From the NCBI GenBank assembly GCA_963730185.1, contig CAVSQW010000002.1, positions 190,442 to 254,441 on the forward strand: a stretch of 64,000 nucleotides of DNA, read 5' to 3'. The translations under genes were made by a program, and so were the position numbers. The notes beneath the pieces are model-generated. The model saw nothing but the letters and a program-made list of their open reading frames with translations. It was not told where the DNA came from and did no database searches. Positions 12,201 through 21,245 of this stretch are shown one piece after another. Origin of the DNA: an uncultured Gemmatimonadales bacterium. Lineage in GTDB: Bacteria; Gemmatimonadota; Gemmatimonadetes; Gemmatimonadales; GWC2-71-9. How positions within the stretch are numbered: position 1 is the first letter of the stretch; each line of letters opens with the position of its first letter.

Positions 12201-13378
12201 GCGATCGATGCCGGGTAGACGCCGGCCCGGGCCATCGCCAGCGCCGGCTCGCTGAGGTCGGTCGCGAACACCTGGACCGTCGGGGTGCGACCGAACGTCG
12301 AGGCGCACTCGAACGCCTCGATGGCGACGGAATACGCCTCTTCCCCGGAGGCACAGCCCGCGACCCAGATCCGGAGCGGCTCGTCGGCCCGGCACCCCTC
12401 GAGCAACGGGAGGAGGGCCTGGTGCCGGAGGGCCGCCAGCGCGTCCGGATCCCGGAAGAACTCGGTGACCTGGATCAGGACCTCGCGGTAGAGATGCTGT
12501 GGCTCAGTGGCGTCGGCCTCGAGCCGGGCGAGGTACTGCCGGGGGCCGGTGAGCTGCAGCTCCTCGATCCGGCGGGCGATCCGGCGCTCCAGCGTCGGCC
12601 GTTTGTACTGGGCGAAGTCCACCCCCGTGGCACGTCCAAGGACCGCGAGGATCGCACTGATCGTGGCGGCCTTCCGGCCGCCCGTCGCGGGCGCCCGCGC
12701 CGAAGCCTCCTCGGGCCGTTGCACCCCCGCCATTGCTCCCCCCAGGGCGAGGCCGATCGCCGCCGGCGGGAGCGCATGGTCCACGACGCCGGCCTGCACG
12801 GCGCTCTCCGGCATCCCCTGATGCTCCGCCGTTCCGACCTCCTGCACGAAGGTGAGGCCCCCTCGTGCCCGGATGGCCTCGAGGCCTTTGGTCCCGTCAC
12901 TGCCGGTCCCCGACAGGACCACCCCGACCGATTGGTCGCCGTAGCTCTCCGCCAGCGACGCGAAGAGCCGGTCGATGACCGAGGGCGGGTCGCGCCGGCT
13001 GGAGCGGGCCTCGAGGTGGAGGGCACCTTTCCTCGCCACCAAGGCGGACCCGGCCGGGATGACGTAGACGTGGCCCGCGGTGAGCACCTCGCCTTCGCTC
13101 GCCTCCGTCACGGGCATCGGCGTCGCGTGGGTGAACAGCGCCGCCAGCCCGCTCTCGTGGGTGGGCGAGAGGTGCATCGCGATGATGAAGGCGTGGGGGC
13201 TCGGAGCCGGAATGGCGGCGAGGAGCTCGGCGCAGGGAACGATGCTGCCGGCCGACCCGCCGATGCCGATGACCCGCAAGCCGGGCGACTCGCCCTTCCG
13301 ATGCCGCCTCTGGGCCTGAGGGGAGGTCCCCCGCTTTGAAGGCCGGCTCACCTGCTTGGGGCCGCGCGCGCGCTTCAT
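9206..13378 (-). CDS. CheB-CheR-coiled coil-PAS-histidine kinase-receiver fusion (1390 aa)
   Basis: CheB GSAG/H/GTGSDG; CheR WVAGCASGEEAYS and CRNVLIY; NEELETTKEELQS coil; H-box AHDLNN; EPFFTTK, GTGLGL; receiver LTDVVMP. Confidence 0.92.
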   Translation of the reverse strand: MKRARGPKQVSRPSKRGTSPQAQRRHRKGESPGLRVIGIGGSAGSIVPCAELLAAIPAPSPHAFIIAMHLSPTHESGLAALFTHATPMPVTEASEGEVLTAGHVYVIPAGSALVARKGALHLEARSSRRDPPSVIDRLFASLAESYGDQSVGVVLSGTGSDGTKGLEAIRARGGLTFVQEVGTAEHQGMPESAVQAGVVDHALPPAAIGLALGGAMAGVQRPEEASARAPATGGRKAATISAILAVLGRATGVDFAQYKRPTLERRIARRIEELQLTGPRQYLARLEADATEPQHLYREVLIQVTEFFRDPDALAALRHQALLPLLEGCRADEPLRIWVAGCASGEEAYSVAIEAFECASTFGRTPTVQVFATDLSEPALAMARAGVYPASIAAQISPERLARFFRAVDGGFEVQKRLRSACVFARHDLTRDPPFSRLDVVICRNVLIYLDTPLQQRALRTFHYALKPKGFLLLGPAETTTLARDLFVAHDRKHKLYAPSGARTEFPMMDLPVARLVPDGRQDEEAPPTRAPGRRTVPELERMAEQLYRLEYPTARIMVDDDLSILNLRGATAQYLEEPAGAPSTRLLTVVRPEFRAILGRLLHQVRTKRIRVRRDGIRCRDGARVRVVDLTVLPLDAMAEGSGRYLIVFAPGATSSTRASGQKPVGRSAGGSAARVRSLEQELRETRDYLESVIELQDAAQAEVQTAYEESLSINEEFQSTNEELETTKEELQSMNEEVTTLNEELQQRNAELSQTVTDLTNTFESTETPLVLVDRELRIRRYSPWAADLLGVRPGDLGHGLEEVRLRLAPADLRARCRAVIHEGRRDEVELEDERGHGYLFRIAPYRVVGDGIDGVVLTLVDVDAMHRLLRLSEVARHYSDVIIDTVRQPLVVLDERYLVRRANAAFYRTFRLDPRAAQGTPIFELMQGDWDFDRFHAFIEAADDTPHDTEVTHTFHDLGERILHLSTHRMQEPDRTEPSLLLAIDDVTERRRMEAYIQQAAKAEALGTMAGGLAHDLNNQLTVLMGSVEMIESAGVSESHVEDLAAVRHAAEHMAATTQQMLAFGRRQTLSPVPLELGTFLGSEEGLLRRVLGTGVRLVIEPGERPLWFTADPGRLEHALLNLAFNARDAMPAGGTLTIRAGVVTVDAAYLERYGTIGAIPGPHVRLTVTDTGVGMDEAIQARLFEPFFTTKDVGRGTGLGLASVYGFVTQSGGWIRVDSAPGKGSIFTLDFPMIESPATTAEAPPAGPVAGSDDDPATILVVDDEPMVLRTVARQLRRLGYQVQEAQHGAAALALVDRHPGPLDLLLTDVVMPGLSGPELHRRLIQRRPGTPVLFMSGHARQLLATGGSLTAAQTLLTKPFTRGELAAAVSAALAGRPPAGTLRLE

Positions 13379-13692
13379 CGGATCTCCTCGTTCCGTCGAG
13401 CCGCTTGCGGCGGTGAGCCGCGCGAATCCTTCGGTTCGCAGGCCGGTCCGTAAGGGTGTACGGTGAGCAGCGAGAACGGCCTAACGCCCCACCGGGAAGC
13501 TGCTGCGCGGCCGCTCGGAAGGCAAGCACCGGGAGATCCGGGCCCCGCGGGGAGGCTTCATCCAAGGGTCAGCCGTCCCCGAGCGGAACGGGCAGGATCG
13601 GGTTCTCAGGGTCGGCGCCGGCCCAGGGAGGGCGAACGCGAAGACGGCCGACCGGCAGCGAGACGGTCCGCCTCGGGAAGGCGGAGTCCGGC

Positions 13693-14103
13693 TCAGGACG
13701 CGATGGGCAGGACCGCGGGGGCGGACTCCAGCAACCAAACCCGGGCCTTGACCGGGTCCGTGAACACCCGGGTCTCGACCCCGAACCGGGTCGCCCGGAC
13801 GGCCAGCGACCGGGCCCGGCCGCAGCTCTCGGGGGTGTCGCCGATCACGATCGCCCAGAGGGTGTCTCGCAGCCGCCAGGCGTTGCGGTCCAGGTGGTTG
13901 AGCACGGCCTGGACGAATGCCTCGGACTCGAGGGCCGTCACCCTCCGGCGATCGAAGAGGATCTTGTGCTCCGTGGTAAAGGCCGGGTCGTCCAGCATGG
14001 CGCCGACCTGGCCCTCCCACTGTTCGAAATCGAGCTCGGCTTTGGCCTCCAGCAGCGCGATCCGGTTCCCCGGGTGCATCCGGTATGTCAGGGCCACGTC
14101 CAT
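13693..14103 (-). CDS. Small hypothetical protein, STAS/SEC14 (SpoIIAA)-like
   Basis: 136 aa, SD GGAGG; ILFDRR...WAIVIG...RVFTDPVKARVWL resembles SpoIIAA-like proteins. Confidence 0.55.
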   Translation of the reverse strand: MDVALTYRMHPGNRIALLEAKAELDFEQWEGQVGAMLDDPAFTTEHKILFDRRRVTALESEAFVQAVLNHLDRNAWRLRDTLWAIVIGDTPESCGRARSLAVRATRFGVETRVFTDPVKARVWLLESAPAVLPIAS

Positions 14104-14291
14104 TCCTCCGGCAAGGTACAGGGGGGCGCAGCCGGGCTGCGCTCCATGACCTTGTGGTATCGGTAAGGAGTGTGAAGAACGGATTAAAGCCGCCGGCCGA
14201 CCGGCTCACATCCTCCGGCCGGTGCTCGGAAACCGCGGCTCGACCCGGGTCGTACGCCTTGCAGGTCCCTCTCGCCTCAAGGAGCAGCCCG

Positions 14292-15086
14292 ATGCCACCC
14301 CGCCGGCCCGGCTTGGCCCTCATTCCCACCCTGATGCTCGCCGCCGCCGCCGGCACGCTCGCCGCCCAAGCCACGCCGGTCACCGGCCGAGCGCTGCTCC
14401 AGCGAATGCACGATCGATACGCCGGGCGCTGGTTCTCGAGCCTTACCTTCGTCCAGACCACCACCATCCGCGACTCCACCGGTCACGATCACCAGTCGAC
14501 CTGGTACGAGGCCCTCCGCTACACCGACCGCCACCACACCGAGCTCCGGATTGACACCGGCGACCCGTCGGCGGGGAACGGGGTGCTCTACAGCGGCGAC
14601 TCGCTCCACATCTTCCGGGCCGGGAAGCAGGTCGCGGTTCGCGAGGGGGGCAACGCCCTCCTGCCGCTGATCGCCGGGGTCTACCTCCAACCGGTGGCCC
14701 GAACGGTGGCCGAGCTCGGAGCGACGGGAGTGGACTTCGACCGGTTGGTGGTCCCGGCCAGCTACGACGGCCGACCGATGCTCATCGTCGGCGCCGCGGG
14801 GCCCGGCGACTCGACCTCACCCCAGTTTTGGGTCGATCGGGAGACCAACGTGGTCCGCCGGGCGATCTTCCCGCCGGTACCGGGCGCGCCGCGGATGGAC
14901 ATGCGGCTGGACGGGATCGTGAAGGCGGGCGGCGGCTGGCTTGCCACCCGGTGCGAGTTCTACGTCGACGGCAGGTTGCTTCAACGGGAGGAGTATCACG
15001 ACCCGACGGTCGGGGCCACGCTGTCGCCGGGCCTGTTCGACCCGGCGACCTGGAGCAATGCGCCGCACTGGAAAAAGGGCGGGTGA
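14292..15086 (+). CDS. Exported hypothetical protein, possibly LolA-like fold
   Basis: SD AGGAG; signal peptide LAA-Q; beta-rich body with QFWVDRET and LSPGLFDP. Confidence 0.65.
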   Translation: MPPRRPGLALIPTLMLAAAAGTLAAQATPVTGRALLQRMHDRYAGRWFSSLTFVQTTTIRDSTGHDHQSTWYEALRYTDRHHTELRIDTGDPSAGNGVLYSGDSLHIFRAGKQVAVREGGNALLPLIAGVYLQPVARTVAELGATGVDFDRLVVPASYDGRPMLIVGAAGPGDSTSPQFWVDRETNVVRRAIFPPVPGAPRMDMRLDGIVKAGGGWLATRCEFYVDGRLLQREEYHDPTVGATLSPGLFDPATWSNAPHWKKGG

Positions 15087-15133
15087 GCGAGGCGGTCTCG
15101 GCGAACGTCAGCATCGCCGCCGCCGTGGGCGAG

Positions 15134-16486
15134 CTACTTCATGGCCACGCCGTGCGGCCGAGCCGGCCGCGCGAACGCGCTGTTGAAGTCGATGGCCGGA
15201 AACCGGGGATCCTCCTCCAGCGTGTTCTCGCCCACGTCGATCACGTGCAGCTTGTGGTCGCCGTTGAAATGGATCTTCCCGAAGTCGTCCTCGTGCAGGA
15301 AGTAGTCGGTCACCACCAGCCGTTTGTCGTCGTCGGTCAGCCGGATCAGGTGCGGTCCGGCATTCTCGCCCAGGCTTACCACTGACACTTGCTTGAACCG
15401 CTCGCGATCGGTGATATCGAGCATGCCCACCTGACCCGCTTGGAACGACGCGAAGATCAGCCGCCGTCCGTTCCTCGGCATGGCGAGCAGCTGGACCATG
15501 CCGCCCGGGGTCGCCACCTCGACATGGGGGACGATGTCCTCGCAGTCGAAGGACTGGACGTAGGTGCCGGTGGTGGGGTCCACGGTGTAAACGAGCCCGG
15601 TGAACATGTTGGCGGTGACCGCTCGGCCCCGCGGATCGTTCGGGATGAGTTTGACGTCCATGGTGCCGGCGTTGTCCGGCAGCATGACGGTCCGGACGAT
15701 CTGCCGGCGGCTGAGGTCCCAGAACCGGACGCCGCTGCGGAGCTCGACCGGCTGGGCGAAGACGTTGAGCGTGCTCAGCGGGTTCACGAAATCGCTGGTG
15801 ACCAGCCGGTTGCGGGCGAAGTCGGCGTCGATGCCGTGGGGGTTGAAGGTCCCGTCCTCGGGATCGACCCCCGGATACTCTCCCACGATCCGGAGGTCGC
15901 GGCTCACCTCGACCACGCGACCGCCCGGGCCGCCGATGGCCGAGCCCATGTTGGTGATCAGGAAGCCGCCGTCGGGCATCGGCAGGAAGTCGTCGGTGAT
16001 GGCCGAGTGCGCGGCCCGGGTCGAGAACAGGAAGCGGGGATGCCGCGCCCGGGAAACGTCGAAGAAGAAGATGTCGTTCTGAGACCAGAGCAGGCTCAGG
16101 AGCCCGCCGCAGGCCAGGATCTTCTTGTCCTTTGACAGATTACAATGGTGCGGCTCGTTGCCCTTGTTGCCGGGTGGCGGGACCGGCACGGTCCGGAGGA
16201 TCTTGCCGTAGGTCCGGGAGCCGCGGTCGAAGTCGACCACGGCCAGGAAGTCCGCGGTCTCCCGGGCGTCGTCGCCGGCCCAGACGTAGAGGGTCTTGGC
16301 TTCACCGCCCTCGGCCGGCTCGTCGTCGTCGTCGCCGTACACGGGGCCTCGGTCCCGGCCCAGTCGGGAATCGACGCCCGAATCCGGCTCGGTCGGCGCC
16401 TCCTGCTTGTGGCAGCCGGCCACGGTCGTGAGTCCGCCGCCAATCACGAGCAGGCCCAGCAGCCTGGCCCACCTGTTCGTCCTCAT
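15134..16486 (-). CDS. SBP56 (selenium-binding protein / methanethiol oxidase)-like beta-propeller lipoprotein
   Basis: Lipobox VAGC; DFLAVVDFDRGSRTYGKIL, GNEPHH, NPHGI, GPHLIRLTDDDKRLVVTDY, RPHG; SD GAGGAGG. Confidence 0.8.
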   Translation of the reverse strand: MRTNRWARLLGLLVIGGGLTTVAGCHKQEAPTEPDSGVDSRLGRDRGPVYGDDDDEPAEGGEAKTLYVWAGDDARETADFLAVVDFDRGSRTYGKILRTVPVPPPGNKGNEPHHCNLSKDKKILACGGLLSLLWSQNDIFFFDVSRARHPRFLFSTRAAHSAITDDFLPMPDGGFLITNMGSAIGGPGGRVVEVSRDLRIVGEYPGVDPEDGTFNPHGIDADFARNRLVTSDFVNPLSTLNVFAQPVELRSGVRFWDLSRRQIVRTVMLPDNAGTMDVKLIPNDPRGRAVTANMFTGLVYTVDPTTGTYVQSFDCEDIVPHVEVATPGGMVQLLAMPRNGRRLIFASFQAGQVGMLDITDRERFKQVSVVSLGENAGPHLIRLTDDDKRLVVTDYFLHEDDFGKIHFNGDHKLHVIDVGENTLEEDPRFPAIDFNSAFARPARPHGVAMK

Positions 16487-16694
16487 CGGAACCTCCTCGG
16501 AAGTGTGGGGAGCGACCGAGCCCATCGGTCGACATCACCCACGGCGACGAAGCGGGGTGGATGTGGACATCGCCGGCCGTTCGCCATGGCTGGGGGCAGG
16601 GATGTCCAATTTCAAGGCGGGGTGACGCCGTTCGGAGTGGCAGCCGGTGACCGCGGCGCGCAGATTGGAGGAACGACCAACCCAGAAATCGGAG

Positions 16695-17294
16695 CTAGGT
16701 CGGGCCGGGCTCGAGGCCGTCGAGGGCCGAGCGGCTCTGCGCGATCTCCTTTCTGAGCCAGGCTCGCGCCAGCAGCCAGTCGCGCTGCACCGTCTTGAGG
16801 GAGACGTCCAGCGACGCCGCCGTCTCGGCCAGGGAGAGCCCGGCGAAGAAGCGCCGCTCGACCACGGCGGCGGCTCGGGGGTTCGCCCGGGCCAGCCGGT
16901 CGAGCGCTTCGTCGAGCGCGGTGAGCTCTTCGGCGGCTTCCTGGGTCAGGAAGGCCTCGACGTTTTCGAGGGGAAGGGGCACCTGCCCCCGGCCGCGCTT
17001 CTGGCGCTTGCGGGCCCGGGCGTGATCGATCAGGACCCGGCGCATTGACTGGGCCGCGATGGCGAAGAAGTGCTGCCGGTCGTTGGGCGAGAGCTGCTCG
17101 CGGTCGGCCAGCCGGACGTAGGCCTCGTGGACCAGGGCGGTGGCCCCCAGGGTGTGGCCGGTGTCCTCGGCCCGGAGCTGGCGCCGGGCCACGGCGCGGA
17201 GCTCGTCGTAGACGAGAGGAAGCAGGGTCTCGAGCGCCTCGGGCTGACCAGACCGGAGCCGGGCGAGACAGTCGGTGACCGAGGTGCTTGGCAC
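16695..17294 (-). CDS. ECF sigma factor (TIGR02999-like, kinase-associated)
   Basis: LLPLVYDELRAVARRQL, TLGATALVHEAYVRL, RRVLIDHAR, TVQRDWLLARAWL; GTG start inferred. Confidence 0.9.
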   Translation of the reverse strand: MPSTSVTDCLARLRSGQPEALETLLPLVYDELRAVARRQLRAEDTGHTLGATALVHEAYVRLADREQLSPNDRQHFFAIAAQSMRRVLIDHARARKRQKRGRGQVPLPLENVEAFLTQEAAEELTALDEALDRLARANPRAAAVVERRFFAGLSLAETAASLDVSLKTVQRDWLLARAWLRKEIAQSRSALDGLEPGPT

Positions 17295-17357
17295 GGTAGC
17301 TGACGGGTGGATGCGGTTGGAGACTAATCCGCCCCCGAACCGGGAGGCAAGTCGGCG

Positions 17358-19904
17358 ATGCGGCCCGAGGACTGGCAGCGGCTCGATCTCATCTTTCACC
17401 ACCTCCTGACCCTGGCGGCCGACGCCCGTCAGGCGTATCTGGACGCGGCCTGCGCCGGTGACGCCGAGCTGCGGTCGGAGGTCGAGGCGGTGCTGGCGGC
17501 CCATCTGGCCAGCGGCGGCAGCGAGGACCAGCTCTTGACCGGGGTGCCGGCGCCGCCGGAGCCGGGCAGCCTGGTCGGTGCTCGGATCGGCCACTATCGC
17601 CTCGAGGAGAGGGTCGGCCGGGGCGGCATGGGTGAGGTATACCGCGCCCGGCGGACGGACCACGAGTACGAGCGCCAGGTGGCGATCAAGGTGGTACGAG
17701 CCGGCCGGGACAGTGCCGAGATGATTCGCCGGTTCAGGATCGAGCGCCAGATCCTGGCCCGTCTCGAGCACCCGAATATCGCCACCCTGCTCGACGGCGG
17801 CCTGACCGAGGCGGGTCAGCCGTACCTGGTCATGCCGTTCGTCGGCGGCGCGCCGATCACCGCCTACGCCGATCAGCGTCGCCTCGGCCTCGCGGAGCGC
17901 CTCGCCCTCTTCGGCACGGTGTGCGACGCCGTCCAGTTCGCCCACGCCAACCTGGTGGTCCACCGCGACATCAAGCCATCCAACGTTCTGGTGACCGACG
18001 AGGGCCAGGTGCGGCTGCTCGACTTCGGGATCGCGAAGCTCTTGAGTCCGGCCGATTTCGGCACGACGGCGGCGACCACCACCGGCGATCTGCTGCTGCT
18101 CACGCCCGAGCATGCGGCGCCGGAGCAGTTCCTGGGCGATCCGGTCACCACCGCGACCGACGTCTACGGCCTCGGCGTCCTGCTCTACGAGTTGCTGGCC
18201 GGGGTCCGGCCGTTCCAATTCGTGCCGCCGCTGGAGCTCCATCGGGCGGTGTGCGAGCGGGATCCGGCGCGGCCGAGCCGTGCGCTGCTGGAGCCGCTGC
18301 CGCGGGAGGCGGGTAATCCGGCGCCGGTTGCTCGCGCTGCCGCCCGAGGGAGCGATCCGGCCACGCTGGCGCGGGGCGTCCGGGGTGACCTCGACGCCAT
18401 CGTGCTCAAGGCCCTCCGGAAGGAGCCCGCCCGGCGCTATGCCTCCGCCGGCCAGCTGGCCGAGGACGTGACCCGGTACCTCGAGGGGCAGCCGGTCATC
18501 GCCCGGCCGGACCGACTCGGCTACCGGGTCCGGAAGTTCGTCCGGCGGAACCGGCTGGCCGTGGCGATGGCCGCATTGGCCGCGGTGCTGCTCATCGGAG
18601 CCGGGGGGCTCACGGCCCGGCAGTCGCGCCGCCGGGCGGTGGCGCTGGCCCAGGCCGAGGCCGAGCGAGCCCAGGCGACCCGGGTAACGGAGTTCATGAT
18701 CGGCGTGTTCCGGGCCAGCGATCCGGCGGCGATGCAAGGGCGGACGGTGACCGCGCGGGAGCTCCTGGACCGGGCGGCGGATCGGGTGGCCAAGGAGTTC
18801 GGGGCCACCAACCCGGCCCGGGCCGACATGGAGGTCGCGATCGGGCGGGCGTATCTCGCCCTCGGACTCTTCGAGCCGGCGAGCACGATCCTCGACGATG
18901 CGGTGGCGGTCCGCCAGGGCGCCCGGGTCGTGGATTCCGTCACCTTGGCGGCCGCCCTGGTCTGGTCCGGTCGGGCGGAAGCCGCGGCGGGTCGGGTGGA
19001 CTCGGGGGTCGGTCGGGAAGCGCGGGCGCTCGCCATCCAGGAGCGTCGGTTGGGGTCGGCCGATCCGGTGCTGGCGGGCACCCTGCTCCAGCTGGGCAAG
19101 ATGTACCGGCAACGCGACTTCAGGGACCGGCTGGACTCGGCCAAGATGGCGCTGGACCGGGCGCTCGCCATAGAGCGGGCGGGGCCGGACTCGGACCAGC
19201 GGGTGATCGCCGATATCCTCCGCACCCGCGGCGTCAACGCCATGGACCGGGGCCACGACACCACCAGCCTGGCAGACCTCCGGGAGGCGGTAGCCGTGGG
19301 CCGGGCGGCCGTCGGGGACGACGACCCCTCCATGTTCAACATCTACGAGGACCTGGCCCTGGGCTACTCGGCCGCCGGCAAGGTCGACTCGGCGATCGCC
19401 ATCCACCGCCGCCTGCTGGCCGCCCGCGAGCGGATCTTCGGGCCCGATCACATGGACGTCTCGTACAGCGTCTACAACCTGGCCCGCGAGCTGGGCCGGG
19501 CCAAGAGGTTCGACGAGGCGCTGCCCCTTTTCCGCCGGGTCGTGGAGATGCGCCAGCGGCTGGCCGGCCCGAATCACTACACCGTCTGCTTCGCGCTCCA
19601 CAGCTATGCCGTCGCCACCGCCCAATCGGGCGACCTGGCCGGCTCGGCGGAGCTCTTTCAGCGGGCGGCCAAGCTTTGCGAGGCCGCGCGGGGCCCTCGT
19701 GACAGCGTCACCCTCGATGCCGTCGAGGGCCTGGCGATCGTCCGGGCCATGCAGCACCGTGACGGCGACGCCCTGACGGCCCTCGAGACCGCGGTGAGTC
19801 GGGGCTACGACCGGGTGGCCCGGTTGAAGCAGCCTCCGTTCGACCGATTGGCGGGGAATCCTCGCTTCCAGCGCCTGCTCGGACGCCTGGCGCCAAGCCG
19901 TTAG
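17358..19904 (+). CDS. Hanks-type Ser/Thr protein kinase with TM segment and TPR repeats
   Basis: GRGGMGEVY, VAIK, HRDIKPSN, DFGIAK, APEQ, DVYGLG; TM helix; TPR-like C-terminus. Confidence 0.93.
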   Translation: MRPEDWQRLDLIFHHLLTLAADARQAYLDAACAGDAELRSEVEAVLAAHLASGGSEDQLLTGVPAPPEPGSLVGARIGHYRLEERVGRGGMGEVYRARRTDHEYERQVAIKVVRAGRDSAEMIRRFRIERQILARLEHPNIATLLDGGLTEAGQPYLVMPFVGGAPITAYADQRRLGLAERLALFGTVCDAVQFAHANLVVHRDIKPSNVLVTDEGQVRLLDFGIAKLLSPADFGTTAATTTGDLLLLTPEHAAPEQFLGDPVTTATDVYGLGVLLYELLAGVRPFQFVPPLELHRAVCERDPARPSRALLEPLPREAGNPAPVARAAARGSDPATLARGVRGDLDAIVLKALRKEPARRYASAGQLAEDVTRYLEGQPVIARPDRLGYRVRKFVRRNRLAVAMAALAAVLLIGAGGLTARQSRRRAVALAQAEAERAQATRVTEFMIGVFRASDPAAMQGRTVTARELLDRAADRVAKEFGATNPARADMEVAIGRAYLALGLFEPASTILDDAVAVRQGARVVDSVTLAAALVWSGRAEAAAGRVDSGVGREARALAIQERRLGSADPVLAGTLLQLGKMYRQRDFRDRLDSAKMALDRALAIERAGPDSDQRVIADILRTRGVNAMDRGHDTTSLADLREAVAVGRAAVGDDDPSMFNIYEDLALGYSAAGKVDSAIAIHRRLLAARERIFGPDHMDVSYSVYNLARELGRAKRFDEALPLFRRVVEMRQRLAGPNHYTVCFALHSYAVATAQSGDLAGSAELFQRAAKLCEAARGPRDSVTLDAVEGLAIVRAMQHRDGDALTALETAVSRGYDRVARLKQPPFDRLAGNPRFQRLLGRLAPSR

Positions 19905-19946
19905 ACCGACCAGCGGGGGGCGAAACGGCCCGTTAGGTTTCGGGCG

Positions 19947-21245
19947 ATGGAGTCCTCCACCTCGCGCCCGTCGATGCGGTCCCCCTTGCCCCAGATGGAC
20001 CGGGTCCGGCCGCCGCCGTTCCGGTTGCCGGGCCTCCATTTCGTCTCGGCGATCGTCTGGCTCCTGACGCTGGCGGCCCTCCTGCCGCTGATCGCGCCCG
20101 GCCTGGCGCGCGGGCAGGCGCTCGACCCGCTGGTCTTCGCGACCGTCCACACCGCCGTGCTCGGGGTGATGGGCTCGGCCATCTTCGGGGCGCTCTATCA
20201 GTTCGTGCCCGGCGGCCTCGACGTGGCGCTTCGGAGCGTCCGGGTGGGCGAGATCGGTCTCGGTCTCTACCAGCTCGGCGTGCTGCTCCTGGTGGTGGGG
20301 TTCGGGGTCTGGACCGGTGGTCTCCAGCTGGTGGGCTGGGTCCTGATTTTCCTGGCGGTAGGAGCGGTCTCCTACAACGTGCTCCCGGCCCGGCGGCGCT
20401 CGCCCCACGGCAAGCTGGTGGGGCTCTTCATCACGGCCGCGCACTCGGCCCTCGGGTTGGCGATGGCCATCGGCCTGGCCCGGATCGGCGAGACCATGGG
20501 CTGGTGGCACGTGGACCGGCTCGGCCTGATTGCGGCGCACGTCCTGCTCGGCGTGGTCGGGTTCGGGAGCCTCACCGCGATCGGAGTCGGCAGCCGGATG
20601 CTCCCGACCTTCCTGGTGGCCCAGGGCCCGGACGACTCGCGCCTTCGGGTCGTTCTGTGGACCACGAGCATCGCCCTGGTGGGGTACGCCGTTGGTGCCG
20701 TGTTCGGCTGGGCGACCGTCATCCTGATCGGCGGAGTGGGGCTGCTCGCGGCCGGACTCCTGATGGTCGACCAGCTGACCCGCTGGTTCCGCCGCCGGCA
20801 GCGCGCCCTGGACGAGCCGCTCCGCCAGGTGGCCGCCTCGGCCGTTTTTCTCGGCCTGGCGATCGTCTGGGGCGCCTGGCTCGTGCTCGGCGACGGGTTC
20901 CAGCTCCGGCGTTGGAGCGCGTTCGTCATCCTGGCGGTGCTCGGCTGGCTCCTGATGCTGGTGATCGGGGTGATGGCCAAGATCGTCTCGCATCTGAGCT
21001 ACATCCATCTCTTCACCCGGATGCCCGGTTTCGCCGCGATTGGCAATCCGAATCTTCTCCTCCGGAGCGACTGGATGCGGGTCTCGTGGGTGGCCCTCGG
21101 GGCCGGCGTCGTGGTGCTGGCGGCCGGGGTGGAGCTGGGCTCGCCGCCGGTGGCGCTGGTCGGTGCGGGGGTCTGGACGCTGGGTTCGCTCGTGACCGGG
21201 GCCAACTACGGCCGGATGGTGTGGGTGGGACGTAACCCGCGATGA
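19947..21245 (+). CDS. Polytopic membrane protein (~12 TM) with repeated intramembrane His (NnrS / heme-copper subunit I-like)
   Basis: VHTAVLGVMGSAIFGALYQFVP, AHVLLGVVGFGSLTAIGVGSRMLPTF, VLGWLLMLVIGVMAKIVSH. Confidence 0.7.
   Translation: MESSTSRPSMRSPLPQMDRVRPPPFRLPGLHFVSAIVWLLTLAALLPLIAPGLARGQALDPLVFATVHTAVLGVMGSAIFGALYQFVPGGLDVALRSVRVGEIGLGLYQLGVLLLVVGFGVWTGGLQLVGWVLIFLAVGAVSYNVLPARRRSPHGKLVGLFITAAHSALGLAMAIGLARIGETMGWWHVDRLGLIAAHVLLGVVGFGSLTAIGVGSRMLPTFLVAQGPDDSRLRVVLWTTSIALVGYAVGAVFGWATVILIGGVGLLAAGLLMVDQLTRWFRRRQRALDEPLRQVAASAVFLGLAIVWGAWLVLGDGFQLRRWSAFVILAVLGWLLMLVIGVMAKIVSHLSYIHLFTRMPGFAAIGNPNLLLRSDWMRVSWVALGAGVVVLAAGVELGSPPVALVGAGVWTLGSLVTGANYGRMVWVGRNPR

Noticed and set aside
10325..13339. 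1004-aa plus-strand ORF and similar long overlapping ORFs
   Set aside because: Antisense to well-supported genes, no motifs; expected from stop-codon scarcity at high GC
13379..13692. Riboswitch upstream of the CheB/CheR fusion
   Set aside because: GC hairpins are present but I recognise no riboswitch consensus; needs cmscan
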